Shown piece after piece: positions 1 to 14,400 of a stretch of 64,000 nt of DNA (within the stretch, counting starts at the first letter, position 1; every line of letters begins with the position of its first letter). This stretch comes from Malacoraja senta (taxonomy: Eukaryota), in the NCBI GenBank assembly GCA_038087875.1, contig CM075999.1, positions 1,986,001 through 2,050,000 on the forward strand. Reading direction: 5' to 3'. Under the pieces are notes generated by a model, which saw only the letters and a list, made by a program, of their open reading frames with translations, did not search any database and was not told the origin of the DNA. Both the position numbers and the translations under genes were made by a program.

Positions 1-894
1 CAAAGTACAGGCTTGTTAAATGGCGTAACATGAAACCGATGCAGCAAAGGATTTATTGAAGACTTCAGCTGGCTGCGCAGTATGGTGATGGATAATATTG
101 AATGCTTACCTTAAAACAAAATATTACGCTGTTTAATGCATTTCCCATTGAATTAAATTTATTTATCAAGTTGATTTAGAAAAGGGCCTTTGACAGCATT
201 GCTGAGAGATTGTGTCATTTGGATTTGAATCCATATTCTTGGCCTCAAAAGTGGCCAAGCATTTTGTTTTTGCCAAATGAAATCAAGTAATGTATCATGA
301 TCTCAACTCGTGGACGACTCCAGAGGTTATCCGAGAGCTCCACCTGTCAATAAATATCTGCTCTGGTCTCAGCAGACTGGATTGCTATTTGTGCAGGCTA
401 GTTTAGTTTAGAGATACAGTGTGCAAACAGGCCTTTCGGCCCACCGTGTCCACGCCGATCATCGGTTACCTGTTCACACTGGTTCTATGCTATCCCACTT
501 TTGCATCCAAAAAACAGTACCACTAGACATTGTTGATGATCTATGCAGTAAATTAGATAATCTGACATGTGCAAGGTATAATAGATTGTATCGGATTAAT
601 GTGAATCGACTATAATTGATATGTGATCCATCAGTAGTTCATTGTTGGAGACACAAGAGACTGCTGTTGCTGGAATCAAAAGCAGCAAAAGATGAACTGG
701 AGGAATTCAGTGGATTGAGCTGCATCTGTTTGGTGGGGGGAGAGAATTGTCAACATTTTGGGTTGAGACTCTACATCAGGACTGAGAATGGAAAGGAAAG
801 ATAGTCAGCATATAGAAGTAAGAATGTCATTGTCCTCTCTGGGACATATGACAATAAAACACTCTTGACTCTTGAGAGGGCGAGGGGTGAGACT

Positions 895-1180
895 ACTTTA
901 AACTTTAGAGGTGCAGCACAGACACAGGCCCTTCGTCCCACTGAGTCCGCACCGACCAGCAATCACTGGCACTATCCTACACCCCAGGGACAGTTTTACA
1001 ACTTTACCGGAGACAGTTAACTTTAGAACCTGCACGTCTTTGGAGTGTGGGAGGAAACCGGAGCACGCAGTCACAGGGAGAACGTACAAACTCCGTAGAG
1101 ACAGCACCCGTAGTCAGGATTGACCCCAGGTATCTGGCACTATAAGAGAACGACTCTATTACTGCGCCACTGAGCCGCCC
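895..1180 (-). mobile_element. V-SINE (HE1-like)
   Basis: Reverse-complement match to the 25741 and 62992 copies. Confidence 0.8.
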
Positions 1181-2387
1181 ACTGTGGCCAGTAGGTGATG
1201 GGAGGGGTGAAAGGTGACAGGAGGCTGGTGCCAGGTAGGGGGGCAGGGCTGGAACTGGGAGATGGGCAGCTGGGTGATAGGTGGAAGCAAGCAGACAAAG
1301 AAAGGGGGAAAAAAAAGGTAGATGGAGCCAGTTGGGGTGAAAGTGGAGACAGAAGTTGGAGGGTGATAAATGGTGACACATAGGCTGTTATTGTTGGAAT
1401 CTGATTATTTAGTAAGACTCTCATGGGAACCATTAGGGGAAAGGCGAATTGAATCAAGTGATAGGGAAATGTGTGGTTCATAGGTGAGTGGATTTATTGT
1501 TGATTGTTCCTGGCTATCTACAGAGGCTAGCCTGTATTTTTCCAACCACTTGGTGCATTCAGGGCTTTGGGGGTCAGGGTCTGTTGGAGACGCCCCTCAA
1601 ACAAGAGAAGGGGTATCAACCGGGGGGGGGGGGGGGGGGGCACATGAGTGGTTGGTATAAGGATAGATTGTGAACACGACCAAATTTAATGCTAATGAAT
1701 ATATAAACACTGAGGATGGTATTCTCAGTTTTTGCACGTTTCTTGTTTTGTTTATATATTTAAATTATTCTGAATAATGTTTATTTTGGGGAAGAAAATC
1801 AAGGTTTAATATAAGTTTAGTCAGATACTTCAGCACATGGTGTTCAGATTTGCCAACTTGGGAAAAAGGGTGAATTTCAGTTACCCGATTAGCTGTAATG
1901 TGAAGGTTGTCTATAATTGGAAGTCTTAGAATAATAACTAGTTTTCCGATTAATGAGAAAGGAAACAATTTTTTTTTAAACCTTGTGGTTCTTGGTGTCC
2001 CAAATCTGGAAGCCAAGTCCAACAATGAATGTAATTGTTTTCTCCTGTGAATGTCACTCTGTTACAAGAAAATTGTTGCTTTTGTGCTGTGATATTCTGG
2101 CTAATTACACTTCATTTTCTTTTGCGGTATGCAGAATCTTTTACACTTCTTACTTTCGTATGTTTTTGTTTACCTTGCAAAAATGTAATGCATCTACCAA
2201 ACCTCACAATGTTTTAATCAAATTTATATTTTGTCGACATCACTTCAGATCAGTATGTATATATTCCTTCTTTCAAAATGGCCTGAGTTGTTTCTTTTCG
2301 CAATTCGTTTTATGCTGTATCTTAAACATTTTTTATTAAATAATTCACTGAAACAGCCTTGGTATAAACAGGGTTTTGTTCTTGCAG

Positions 2388-2489
2388 GTGAAGCAAATTG
2401 AAAAGAGGGACTCCGTTCTCACACCAAAACAACAAATTGAAAGGCTTACAAGACCTGGATCCACTTACATCAACCTAAACCCATTTGAA
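2388..2489 (+). CDS. DNAJC8: DNAJC8 coding exon (human exon 2 equivalent)
   Basis: ttgcag|GTG...TTTGAA|gtaagt; 102 nt; VKQIEKRDSVLTPKQQIERLTRPGSTYINLNPFE. Confidence 0.96.
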
Positions 2490-5400
2490 GTAAGTCATTG
2501 TAAATGTGTTTAGACATTTGACAAATACCCGAGTACTGACATCCTGAAAGGAAAATCGATCCTCGTTCTTCTCAAGTTGCCCGCAATCAAGCCCACGGTG
2601 TAGGAAGGAACTGCAGATGCTGGTTTAAACCGAAGATAGACGCATAATGTTGGAGTAACTCAGCGGGACAGGCAGCATCTCTGGAGGGAAGGAATGGGTG
2701 ACATTTCGGGTTGAGATCCTTCTTCATACTAGAGTCAGGGGAGAGGGAAACAAACCTTTGGTCCTGCGATCTCTTAGTTCTATGCTCATTTACCTAAGAT
2801 CCCTTTCCTGCCTTTTGGGCTCTGTCTCATGTTAAGCCAGCCTCTTCTCAACCTCTGACTGAATAACTCTACAGCCCCCCGTCCCTCCCCCCTCCTCCGT
2901 CCCCCCTATCGCCCTCCCCTTCTCCAGTTTACTTTCTTGCAATGACCCATCACCTCTGGCCCTACCCACCTGAACCAGAAACTCCAATCAATTACCATTC
3001 ACCTACTCCAAAGTTTTCCATAGAAGTTGTTCCAAGTTTTGCTTTGCAATTTCTGACATGCATTCTCCCTTAATACTTGGTATCATCTGATCTTTGCTAT
3101 TTAAGCAGTTGGGCATGCGACCCATTGAACCTGCTCAATTGTGTTTAAGAAGGAACTGCAGATGCTGGAAAATCGATGGTAGACAAAAGTGCTGGAGAAA
3201 CTCAGCGGGTGCAGCAGCATCTACGGAGCGAAGGAAATAGGCAACGTTTCGGCCCGAAACCCGGAAGGAAGGGTTTCGGCCCGAAACGTTGCCTATTTCC
3301 TTCGCTCCATAGATGCTGCTGCACCCGCTGAGTTTCTCCAGCACTTTTGTGAACCTGCTCTATTGTTAACCATGACCATATCTTATCCTTTACTTCAATT
3401 CTATTTATCATATCTCTTGATTTTGTTATGTTCAGAAACCCATTGATCTTTGTTTTGAATTTCCACAACTTCTGGGACATATAAACGTTAACCCAGGGTC
3501 TAGCTTCTCAGCTGAGAAACATCTACCACGTCTAGTTCTTTAAGAATTTTGGACATGTCGGTAATCATCCCTCAATATGACTTGGTTTTCGCAGAAATAC
3601 CCTTCTCATCATTCTGATGAAAAGTTGTGCACCCACACCAAGTCAACCAAATCCTTCGTTAAGAGTTGGAAATAAAAATGCTGCACAGTAAAACACATGG
3701 CACATCAAAGCCCTTTATAATTGCAACAAAGTTACTTGTACTCTCTCCCCTTGCGGTTCAAGCAAATCTTCCATTTGTCCTTCTAATTGCTTGCTCCTCT
3801 TATAAGACTCTCAATAATCGGAAAAATATCCTGCCTTCTCTGAATTAAATAATGTATCACTTCCCAGTATTATGAAAATCTCTCACTATCTTGCCCTGTT
3901 ATTTATTTGTCTGATGTCCCTTTGCAGCCCCCTCGCATCCTTTCAACATTCAGGCATCCATCGCACTTCGCGTGCATGTAAAATAAAATACCTTGCCTCC
4001 GCACATCTCCTTAAAATGTTCCCCTCTCACTTTAAAGCGATAACTGTTTATAGGAGTGGCACAGTGGTGCCGCTGTAGACCTGATGCCCTACAGCGCCAG
4101 AGACCCGAGTTCGATACTGACTATGGGTGCTGTCTGTACAGGAGTTGTACGTACTCCCCGCTTGGATTTTCACCGGGTGCTCCGGTTTCCTCCCACACTC
4201 CAAAGACGTGCGGGTTTGGAGGTTAATTGACTTTGGTAAAATTGTAAAGTCAATCGTGTTTAGGATAGTAAGGGGATCGCTGGTCGGCGTGGACACGGTG
4301 GGACGAAGTGCATGTTTCCGCGCTGTATTTCTAAAGTTTAATCTATGAATAAATGTTTAATGCAGTAATGAGTTTAATTAATACATTTCTTGTCCCACAG
4401 GTATTGCAGGTAGATCCCGAAGCAACAGATGAAGAGCTGAAAAAGAGGTTCAGACAGGTAGAAACATCTCTGTTTGCCATGCTACAGGCTAAGATAGCAA
4501 CTGATCTTAGGTACAGTCGACTCCATTTAAGTGAGTGAACAAAAAACTGAAAATTCCAAAACATTTTCTTATTTACATCCATAATGTTTTATTAACTAAA
4601 TTCTGTTTTGGTTGAAAATTCTTGTTAAGTGAATACTTTTTCTGATGAAATGCAATGCATTTTACCAAGGTTAGAGCCCAGATATAATATGTTGCATGAC
4701 ATTTATTTCAACATTTCGTACCAAACCAGGTTGTGGCAATTTAAAGGAAATTACATGAAAAGCCTTTCCCTGCACCACCTCCGAGCCCTGGGGCCCTTTT
4801 GGTAAAGGCAGACCCACGGGTGTAGGCGGCAACTGGAGTTTCAGTACGCCATCCAGAAAGTGCATGTTTGGGATGTGAACTGTATTCAAGACTGAACTCA
4901 AATGATTACCAGGTAGAACAGCCTGCGGATGCCAAGATGTAGAAACAAAGAACTGCAGATGCTGGTTTATACCAAAGATAGACACAAAGTACTGGAGTCA
5001 CTCAGCGGGTCAGGCAGTATCTCTGGAGAAAAAGGATGGGTGACATTTCGGTTTGGGGCCCTTCTTCAGACTGAAAGTAGGGGGTGATGAGACATGGGGG
5101 GGGTGGGGGGGGGGTGAAGACCTGCAGGTGAGAGAAGACCAGGACGAAGCGGGGCTGGCCTTCCCAAGCCGACAATGGGCCCACAAGGCTCCACCCTGCC
5201 TGCGGCCATTTGTGGCTAGCCTTGAGTAGTCCTGGTCTTCTCTCGCCTCCAGCTCTTCACCCCCTCAACGCCTGACTTCAGTCTGAAGAAGCATCCCGGC
5301 CTGAAACGTCACCTATCCTTTTTCTTCAGTGATGCTGCCCGACCCGCAGAGTTACTCCAACACTCTGTGTCTACCTCTGCTGGTGTCAAGGCTTGCAGAT

Positions 5401-8400
5401 AAAGACTAGCTTCAATGGGTATGGTACATGAGGACTGCCGCTGCCTCTGGAACCAGTATGAGTCAACACCTTGAGGAACAAATTGGTCAGACAAGGATCC
5501 AACAGTGAAAATCTACAGAAGTTCTGTTCCAAGACAGGACATTACTATTGTTTCACCTGTGGGGAAACCAGTTATTCACTTAACAGGAATTGACATTACT
5601 AATGTTGATTGTTGCTCTTAGTTGTAAGAAACAATACTACTTTGACATTTTCTACAATTTTTATTAATTTTACTCATGTTAAAACAGTTGGCAATGCTTT
5701 TTATTTTAATTCACTGGGGCCATATCATGCACGAGACAGAGCATTTCCTTTACCAGCCTATGAAAATCTACACCTTTTTCTCCCAAATTTTCTCCCCTCC
5801 TCAAGGTGCTGACTCATGCTGGGGTATGGTTGTCTGTACTCTGTTTCCGGCATCTCACCCAAGTGGCCATTCTTCAGCTGTGAGCCTAGACAGTGAGTAT
5901 CGTCAGGCTACCTTCACCCAGCATCCATGTGTATATCCAGCGATCAGTAGCAAGCACTCTGGCCGATTTTCCTCTCAGCCAGTACTTGATTAGTACGGGT
6001 GTCAGGGATTACAGGGAGAAGGCAGGAGAATGGGGTTAGGAGGGAGAGATAGATCAGCCATGATTGAATGGCGGAGTAGACTTGATGGGCCGAATGGCCT
6101 AATTCTGCTCCTATCACTTAAAATCCATGATGATCTATATCTTAAGCCTTCTGAGTCTGAACACACTTATGATCTCCTGTAGCACCATACTAAAAAATTC
6201 AGGGACTTTGGTACAAAAAACGTACTCCTTATGTGGGGCTTTCTGGTCTTGCCATTCGATGCTGTCTATCTGTCAGGATCAGTCTGTGGGTTAACAATTC
6301 ACCTCCTGATCTGTGCCATAGGTTAGCATTTATGTGCAATGCTTTGTGCTCTGTCACAGTGAAGATAGAATTGTTGCATATTTAGGAACAGGTGCAAGAA
6401 TGTTAGCCCTTGACCTAGTTCTGCCAATTAATGAGATCAATTAATGACTGGATTCCATTTCCTAATTTTACTTAAAATCTCTTTAATTTATTATTTTAAA
6501 TGTTATCAGGTAGATTTAGGTATTAATTAGTTTTTTTGCTACTTTGCAACAAATGACTACCACTTTATTCACACGGAAGCATTTCCTGGCTTCATTCCCA
6601 AAAGTTGCAGGCTTTAAAATGTTCCTGTCCTAGACCCCACAACCATCTGCTCCAAACTAAAATCGTCCCATTTGCCTTTAATAGCTTCCTTCACTTTTTC
6701 GTGCAGTGCTGTCAAATCCCAACGTGCTTATGTAAATTTAGGGGAGTACAATCAGAGATTTATGTAATTCTATAATTTAATTCTGGAAGTCCAGCTATCA
6801 TTCCGTATTCCTTTCGATATCAATGTATCTTTCTCAAGTAGTGCCTCCCAGCCTGCTTGTAGTACTCCTGATGTGGTCTAATGGGTATCTCGATGGTATT
6901 TAACACTAGCTTTCTTGCTTTTGTTTTTGGCTTCATCAATTGGGAGTTGTTGCTTTTTAATGCCATTGTATTCAAATACCTGAATATTGGCATTTATTTG
7001 AATGACAAGAAATAATTGGCATACAAATAAGTGTATTGTTTAAATAAAGCTTGGCATGTAGGGTCATGGCAAGATGTGTTGGAAGGAACTGACTGCAGAT
7101 GCTGGGTTGAAACCAAAGTTGGACACAAGATCCTGGAGTAACTCAGTGGGACAGGCAGCATCTCTGGAGGGAAGGAATGAGAGAAGAAGGGTCTCGACCC
7201 GAAACATCACCCATTCCTTCTCTCCAGAGTTGCTGCCTGGCCCGTTGAGTTACTGCAGCATTTTGTGTCTATCTTCGGGTCATTGGCAAGACCCTGGCTC
7301 ACAGTGTCCATGTTTCCTACAACCAGTTCTGCCACGTTTCTAAGCAGACCTGAGCCAAGGTTTATTTGGCATCCTTCATATAATTGATGCGGGAAGTGAT
7401 TTGGAATCCTCTCAGTTTTACAATTGTTGGAGCGGGAATAGGATAACAAATCTTGTGTTTTCATATTGGGGCGAAAGAAGCATGAGGAGGTTTTTTTAAA
7501 AACATATTTAAGTTTTTGATAAGCAAATCAAAATTGCTTTGGGAATCGGAAAATTGAAAGACTTGAAAGGTGAAGAATAGAAAGGGGAAAAAAGTACACG
7601 CATTTATAAATAAAAGAGTAAAGTATTTCACAAATTGAGTTGCGTATTCTCTGGCCGTGTGTGCAGTTCTGGTGATTTTTTTTTTTTGCGTGTTTCTATA
7701 GTTGCAATATTTTTAATAATGCACGTATCACAAGGAATCTTCTTCATCATTCCAGCTCTCAATCCTGGTCCATCCAGACAAAAATCAAGATGACCCAGAA
7801 CGAGCACAGAAGGCTTTTGAAGGTAAGGAAACACAATCACGATGGGCAGAAATGCGTAGGAGGGAACTGTAGATGCTGTTTTAAACCGAAGATAGACACA
7901 AAATGCGGGCCAGAGGAGTTACCTATTCCTTTTCTCGAGAGATGCTGTCTGACCCGCTGAGTTAACATAGAAAATAGGTGCAGGAGTAGGCCATTCGGCC
8001 CTTCGAACCTGCACGGCCATTCAATATGATCATGGCTGATCATCCAACTCAGTATCCTGTACCTGCCTTCTCTCCATAGCCCCTGATCCCTTTAGCCACA
8101 AGGGCCACATCTAACTCCCTCTTAAATATAACCGATGAACTGGCCTCAACTACCTTCTGTGGCAGAGAATTCCAGAGATTCACCACTCTCTGTGTGAAAA
8201 ATGTTTTTCTCATCTCGGTCCTAAAAGACTTCCCCCTTATCCTTAAACTGTGACCCCTTGTTCTGGACTTCCCCAACATCGGGAACAATCTTCCTGCATC
8301 TAGCCTGTCCAACCCCTTAAGAATTTTGTAAGTTACTCCAGCTTTTTGTGTCCATTCACGATCGGAAGAAGATTGACAACAACAGTGCAGTTTTTTGGTG

Positions 8401-11400
8401 GCATTTCATTGCATTTATTTGAGGAGTTACATATTAAGATGATGAAATGTTTTTTTAAATGGGTTTTGACGAAGGATTCTTTTTCGTTTGTAGATCAGTT
8501 GAATCAAAAATATTTTGGTTAAATTCAGGATTCTAGTGCTGAATATTGATTGGTCAGACCGTCCAACAACCTTCATGCAACCTACACACACGGGTGTTAT
8601 TAGGCCAGAGTCACGGTTAACTTGGATAAGATGGCCTGCAGTTAAATGACCAGAAAGATTCCATGTTTATGCATATTCGAGTGATCTTGATTTGAGCAGC
8701 ACTTAATTGTTCAAGGCTTCAAAGATAACGCTTCTGTTCTAGTCGGGGCACAATTGTCCTTCTTGCCCCTCAGCTAGCAGTTGGAAAAAGTAACCTAGAT
8801 GCCTGAAGATTGCCTGACGAACTGCAGATGCTGGTTGAAATTGAAGGTAGACACAAAATACTGGGGCAACTCAGCGGGACAGGCAGCATCTCTCGACCCG
8901 AAACGTCACCCGTTCCTTTTCTCCAGAGATGCTGTCTGTCTCAGCATTTTGTATCTACGTCATCTATCCATGTTCTGAAGAGATGCTGCCTGACCCGCTG
9001 AGTTACTCCAGCACTCGTGTGTCCTTGTTTTTCACCCTATCTACGTAGATTTTGCCTTTTCTCAAGGAGAGCCAGAACTGTCTTGTGTTTCGAGCACAAG
9101 GTGCAGATCACAAACACGGCATACACACTCTTAAATTAAATCCTGACTCTTTTGTCATTCCATAGCTGTGGACAAAGCTCATAAGATGCTAATGGAGCCA
9201 GAACAGAAGAAACGTGCCATTGATGTGATACAGGCAGCGAGGGAAACGATAGAACACAATGTAAGCTTGCATCGACTCTGCCGGCTTAACCCTGAATGGA
9301 GAATACCATTGGTACTTTAGTTGATGTCGCAGGTTCCTCTTGATTTAGAAAGTTTATTTAACGTTAAAAGGATTTGTTCATTGTGCAATCTTTACCATTG
9401 TGTCCCCCAAACATAAATGTCTCATGTCCCCATTTGCTTTTGTTGTGGCACTGTAATGCTGATATAAACCCCAGGTTTATAATGCACATGCTAAGGTTTG
9501 AAATGTATCGTCAGTAGCATTTGATAAAATACTCAAGCCCTGTGATATGGGAAGGAAAAGCTGGATGTTACTGCTTGGAATGTACATTAAGCTCAATTTA
9601 AGTCTTTAAGGTGAAGGCAGGAACATTCACTCGTTGGAGCATTATCGTGCATATTTAGCACAGACAAAATGGTTCTTTGCCCCCTAGTAGACCATGTTGG
9701 CATAATATAAGTCAAGCTGGCAACTGTAAAGTACGTGTATAGACATTGTGTAGGGTGGCACGGTGGTGCAGCGGTAAAGTTGCTGCCTTACAGTGCTTGC
9801 AGTGCCGGAGACCCGGGTTCAATCCCCACGAAGGGTGCTGTCTGTACGGAGTTTGTAAGTTTTCCGCGTGACCTGCGTGGGTTTTCTCCGATATCTTCGG
9901 TTTCCTCCCACACTCCAAAGACGTGCAGGTTTGTACGTTAATTAGCTTGGTATAAATGTAAATTGTAAAAGGGGGAAATCCTTTAAGACCGAGATGAGGA
10001 AAGACTTTTTCACACAGAGAGTGGTGAATCTCTGGAACTCTCTGCCACAGAGGGTAGTTGAGGCCAGTTCATTGGCTATATTTAAGAGGGAGTTAGATGT
10101 GGCCCTTGTGGCTAAAGGGATCAGGGGGTATGGAGAGAAGGCAGGTACGGGATACTGAGTTGGATGATCAGCCATGATCATATTGAATGGCGGTGCAGGT
10201 TCGAAGGGCCGAATGGCCTACTCCTGCACCTATTTTCTATGTATGTATGTATCTATGTCCCTATTGTGTGTAAGGTAGACAAAAGTGCTGGAGAAACTCA
10301 GCGGGTGAGGCAGCATCTATGGAGCGAAGGAAATGGGCAACATTTCGGGCCGAAACCCTTCTTCAGCCTGAAGAAGGGTTTCGGCCCGAAACGTTGCCTA
10401 TTTCCTTCGCAACATAGATGCTGCCTCACCCGCTGAGTTTCTCCAGCACTTTTGTCTACCTTCGATTTTCCAGCATCTGCAGTTTCTTCTTGAACCTATT
10501 GTGTGTAAGATGGATCAATATTGTTTCAAGCATTTGGTGGATTTATTCAGTTTGATATTTCAAAATCGTGCCTTAATTCTAATATTGTATAGGAAAATGT
10601 TCCTGTCCTAGACACCACAATCATCTGTGGTTTCTTCAACGTTACAATAGTCCCTGCCTCACCTACCTCCTCTGGCAGCTCGTTCAATATACCCACCACC
10701 CTTTGTGCAATTTTTTTTTTTTTTAAGAATCGGAGTAGACTGTAGGGATAATTAGAATGAACATAGAAAGCTGGAGTAACTCAGCGGGACAGGCAGCATC
10801 TCTGGAGAGAAGGAATGGGTAACATTTCGGGTTGAGACCCTTCTTGATGTGCATGATCACAGTGAATGGCGGCGCTGGCTCGAAGGGCCAAACGGCCTAC
10901 TCCTGCACCTATTGTCTATTGTCTGTTCAAACCCGTAACATCACCCATTCCTTCTCTCCAGAGATGCTGCCTGTCCTGCTGAGTTTCTACAGCTTTTTGT
11001 GGCTATCTTTGGTTTAAAGCAGCATCTGCAGTTCCTTCCTACACATTAGAATGAACGTGCTGACTATGCAAACCATTGACTTATTACTGTCGTGTATAAC
11101 CATTTCAACTTGAAGCTTTTCTACAAATATTATTTTTAAAGTTATTTGAATGTCACTTTCATGCCTGATATTTGTCCTTCCGCTGTTTAATCTCATTAAA
11201 GGTTTAACTGGAGTAGACTTTTATGATGTAGCAGTTCTATATCTTTATATTTGAGAAGTAAAAACAAACACCATCTCTCCCATTTAATCAATTTTGTGAC
11301 TCGATCTTTTTATAATCTAAAGCATCAAACTTCATCAGGGACAAACTAGCACACCATTTTCTGATCAAAGTTGGTTAATACAACAGACAAGGGAAATGGC

Positions 11401-14400
11401 GTATCATTTAAGGTTAAGTAGAAATCCTATTTTTCATGTAAGGCCTGCAAGTGGATATCTGGAGAGTATGGGATATGTTAGAGTGAAGATAGACATAAAA
11501 GGCTGGAGTAACTCAGCGGGACAGGCAGCATCTCTGGAGAGAAGGAATGGGTGTCGTTTTGTGCTGAGACCCTTCTTCAGACTGTTAATAGAGTGGTGGT
11601 TCTTCCAACTATAAAACAACACTGATTTTGGATGATCAGCCATGATCATATTGAATGCTCGAAGGGCCAAGTGGCCTACTCTTGCACCTATTTTCTATGT
11701 TTCTATGTAACGCAAAGTTAGCCATAGTCTGGTTTGTCCAAAAAATAATTAGGAGGATTAAGCCACAAGATGCCTTGAACCTGTGCAGCAAAGCGGTGCA
11801 ATACCAGCTCAGTCATGATTTGAAGATAGACACCTACAAGTCTGAAGAAGGGTTTCGGCCTGAAACGTTGCCTATTTCCTTCGCTCCATAGATGCTGCTG
11901 CACCCGCTGAGTTTCTCCAGCATTTTTGTGTACCTACAAGTTATAATCTGGTTCTATATACCCACCCACGTTATAATCTGAAGTTCACTTTTCTGTGTGA
12001 TATCCATATTTCCGTAATTCCTTGCGTGGGTCCGATACCGACTGATCACAATAATGAATATGTTTAAGAAAGAACTGCAGATGCTGGAAAAATCAAAGGT
12101 AGACAAAAATGCTGGAGAAACTCAGCGGGTGAGGCAGCATCTATGGAGCGAAGGAATAGGCGACGTTTGCTGCCTCACCCGCTGAGTTTCTCCAGCATTT
12201 TTGCCGACCTACAGTAATGAATATACTCGGCAGTTGAGTATCATCAGCCCTCAGATCCGATGTACTACAAGGTCTACAACCCTTCCGATTCGCAAAATGC
12301 CTCCTCAACGTGCTCCTAAAATGGCTGACTTCTTGTCCTGAGATTGCGCAGCTTCTAGATTCTCCTGCCAGATGGACCCTACCATTGAGAATCTACCCTG
12401 CCAACCTCCCATAGCTGGCTAACAAGGTGTTAGTGGTCATAAAACCTGGGTGGGGGCAAGTATAGTTATTGGTGAGATCAGAGAACGAATGAAAACAGTA
12501 CAATACCTCTGACCAGTACTTCAGTTATTTCTGTACCGGTCCCACTTTAAATTTAGGAGTCAGCAGTTCCTTGTTTCGCCACTAGATAGCTCCCCTGCAC
12601 TTACAGAATGAGTTACTCAAGGTTTCTGTGTCTTAAACCAGCATCTGCGGTTCCTTCCAACACCATTACCTAATCCTTCAGTTTCATTTCTTCGGGTTAT
12701 CCCAAGCAACAGAGGAATAGTTTGTGACCTTCTTGATCCAAATCCAGTTTTATTTTGACTGGATTGTGAATTAGTATATGTGCTAAAACCTTTCGGAAAA
12801 TAAAATTGGAAGTCGTGCGGAGTCAATGACCTGTTGTAGTATCTTCCTTTACCTTGCATATATTTTTTATTTTAGATGAAAGAGAAAAGGAAGGCATTAA
12901 AGAAAGAAGGCAAGCAAGGAACTGTGGAAGATGATGATGCTGAAATGGTAAAAAAATATCAATTATGGCGATCAATAGTATTATTGGGATTGAGTGTTAT
13001 AGATTGTTATTATGCGTCTTGCATTTAAATTGGGGGTTTGGGTGATGGAGTGAATACTTTTAGCCCTGGTGGCGTATAAAGTGTGAAATTAGGTACTTAA
13101 AAAGATTGAACATTTAGCAGCTGTATACAGAGGCTGCAATGTAATCACCTGCTTGACTGCTAGCCAAAGTGAGCAATACCAGGGTTACAACTGCTTATTT
13201 TTTAACCATTTATCTTCAAACGGAACCATTTTCTAGCCTCGTATGTGAGAAATCTATTTTTTGTGGACTCGTTCATCAGGTGCTTTTTCTAAAACGGATT
13301 TTAGTTTTATTACATCAAATGCAATACGATTCTATCAAACACATTGCAGTAAAAATGTTATGAAAACCCATGGATAAAATATTGAAAATTATTTCTGTAG
13401 GACAATGTTCATGCATCTTATCCAGAAATTGTTTTTCTTTAGTTTATTTTAAAAATGAGGGTGTTTAATTCAGGAACTGAAGTGTAAATTGCTCTCTTAT
13501 CCCCTCAAAATACACTAAAACCTCTCAGCATGATGCATTAATTAACAATTGGAGGGTCTACCAGAGCGGGTTGTTCAGGAATACTTGGTGGAGGGGAGGC
13601 AGGGAGTTTCCTGTCCCACTTAGACTATTTTTTAGGCGACTACATGCGACTAGGCTGTCGCCATATGGTCACCGGGGGTGTCGCCTGTATGGTCGTGAGT
13701 AGTCTCCTCAGTCGCCCAAAGAGTCTTTCTGGTCGCCGCTGGATTTTCAACATGTTCAAAGATTTTCGGCAACAGTTGGCTTGACGCCAATGAGCGTAGC
13801 TTGACTTCTCCTGACATAGGTGCTGTCGTAGGTTCTGACTATGGTGAATTCCATTGGCGACTACCTACATCAACTGGAGACTGGTACCGGCGACTGAATT
13901 GTCTTCAATTGTCGCCGACAGGGTAGTACCTTGCCGTAGCTTGTCGTAGGTTGTCGTAGGTGTGGTCATAGGTGGACGTCCTAATGGGCCGCCGGTTGTC
14001 GGTAGCTTGACGTCGACTAGGTTGTAGGTTGTTGTCGCTTGTCGTACACATTGTCTAGACATTGTCGTATGGGGGGGGGGGGGGGGGGTCCAGTCGCTGC
14101 TTTTTTGGTGACCTGCTACGACTATGACAGTTGCCAAAAAATCGCCTAAGTGGGACAGGCCCTTTAGAGAAATTAAATTAGCCAATTTTCATTAGAACAC
14201 AGATAGTGGGTAATGCAGTTATAATTGTTAATGGTTGGTATGGTAGAAGAAAATGAAATATAATAAAAAGGAACAGCAGATGCTGTTTTATACCAAAGAT
14301 AGACACAAAATGCTGGAGTAACTCAGCTGGTCAGGCAGCACCTCTGGAGAAAATGGATCGCTTACATTTTCTCCAGTGATAGAATCATAGAAAAATAGGT

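Noticed and set aside
1..2387. DNAJC8 first exon and start codon
   Set aside because: No segment encoding the expected N-terminus (...AFMTFYSE-like) followed by a donor was found, so exon 1 is probably upstream of the window.
3135..3480. Recurrent short ORFs such as MLEKLSGCSSIYGAKEIGNV and SAGETQRVQQHLWSEGNRQRFGPKP
   Set aside because: They are translations of the palindromic repeat, appear on both strands because of its symmetry, and show no coding signal.
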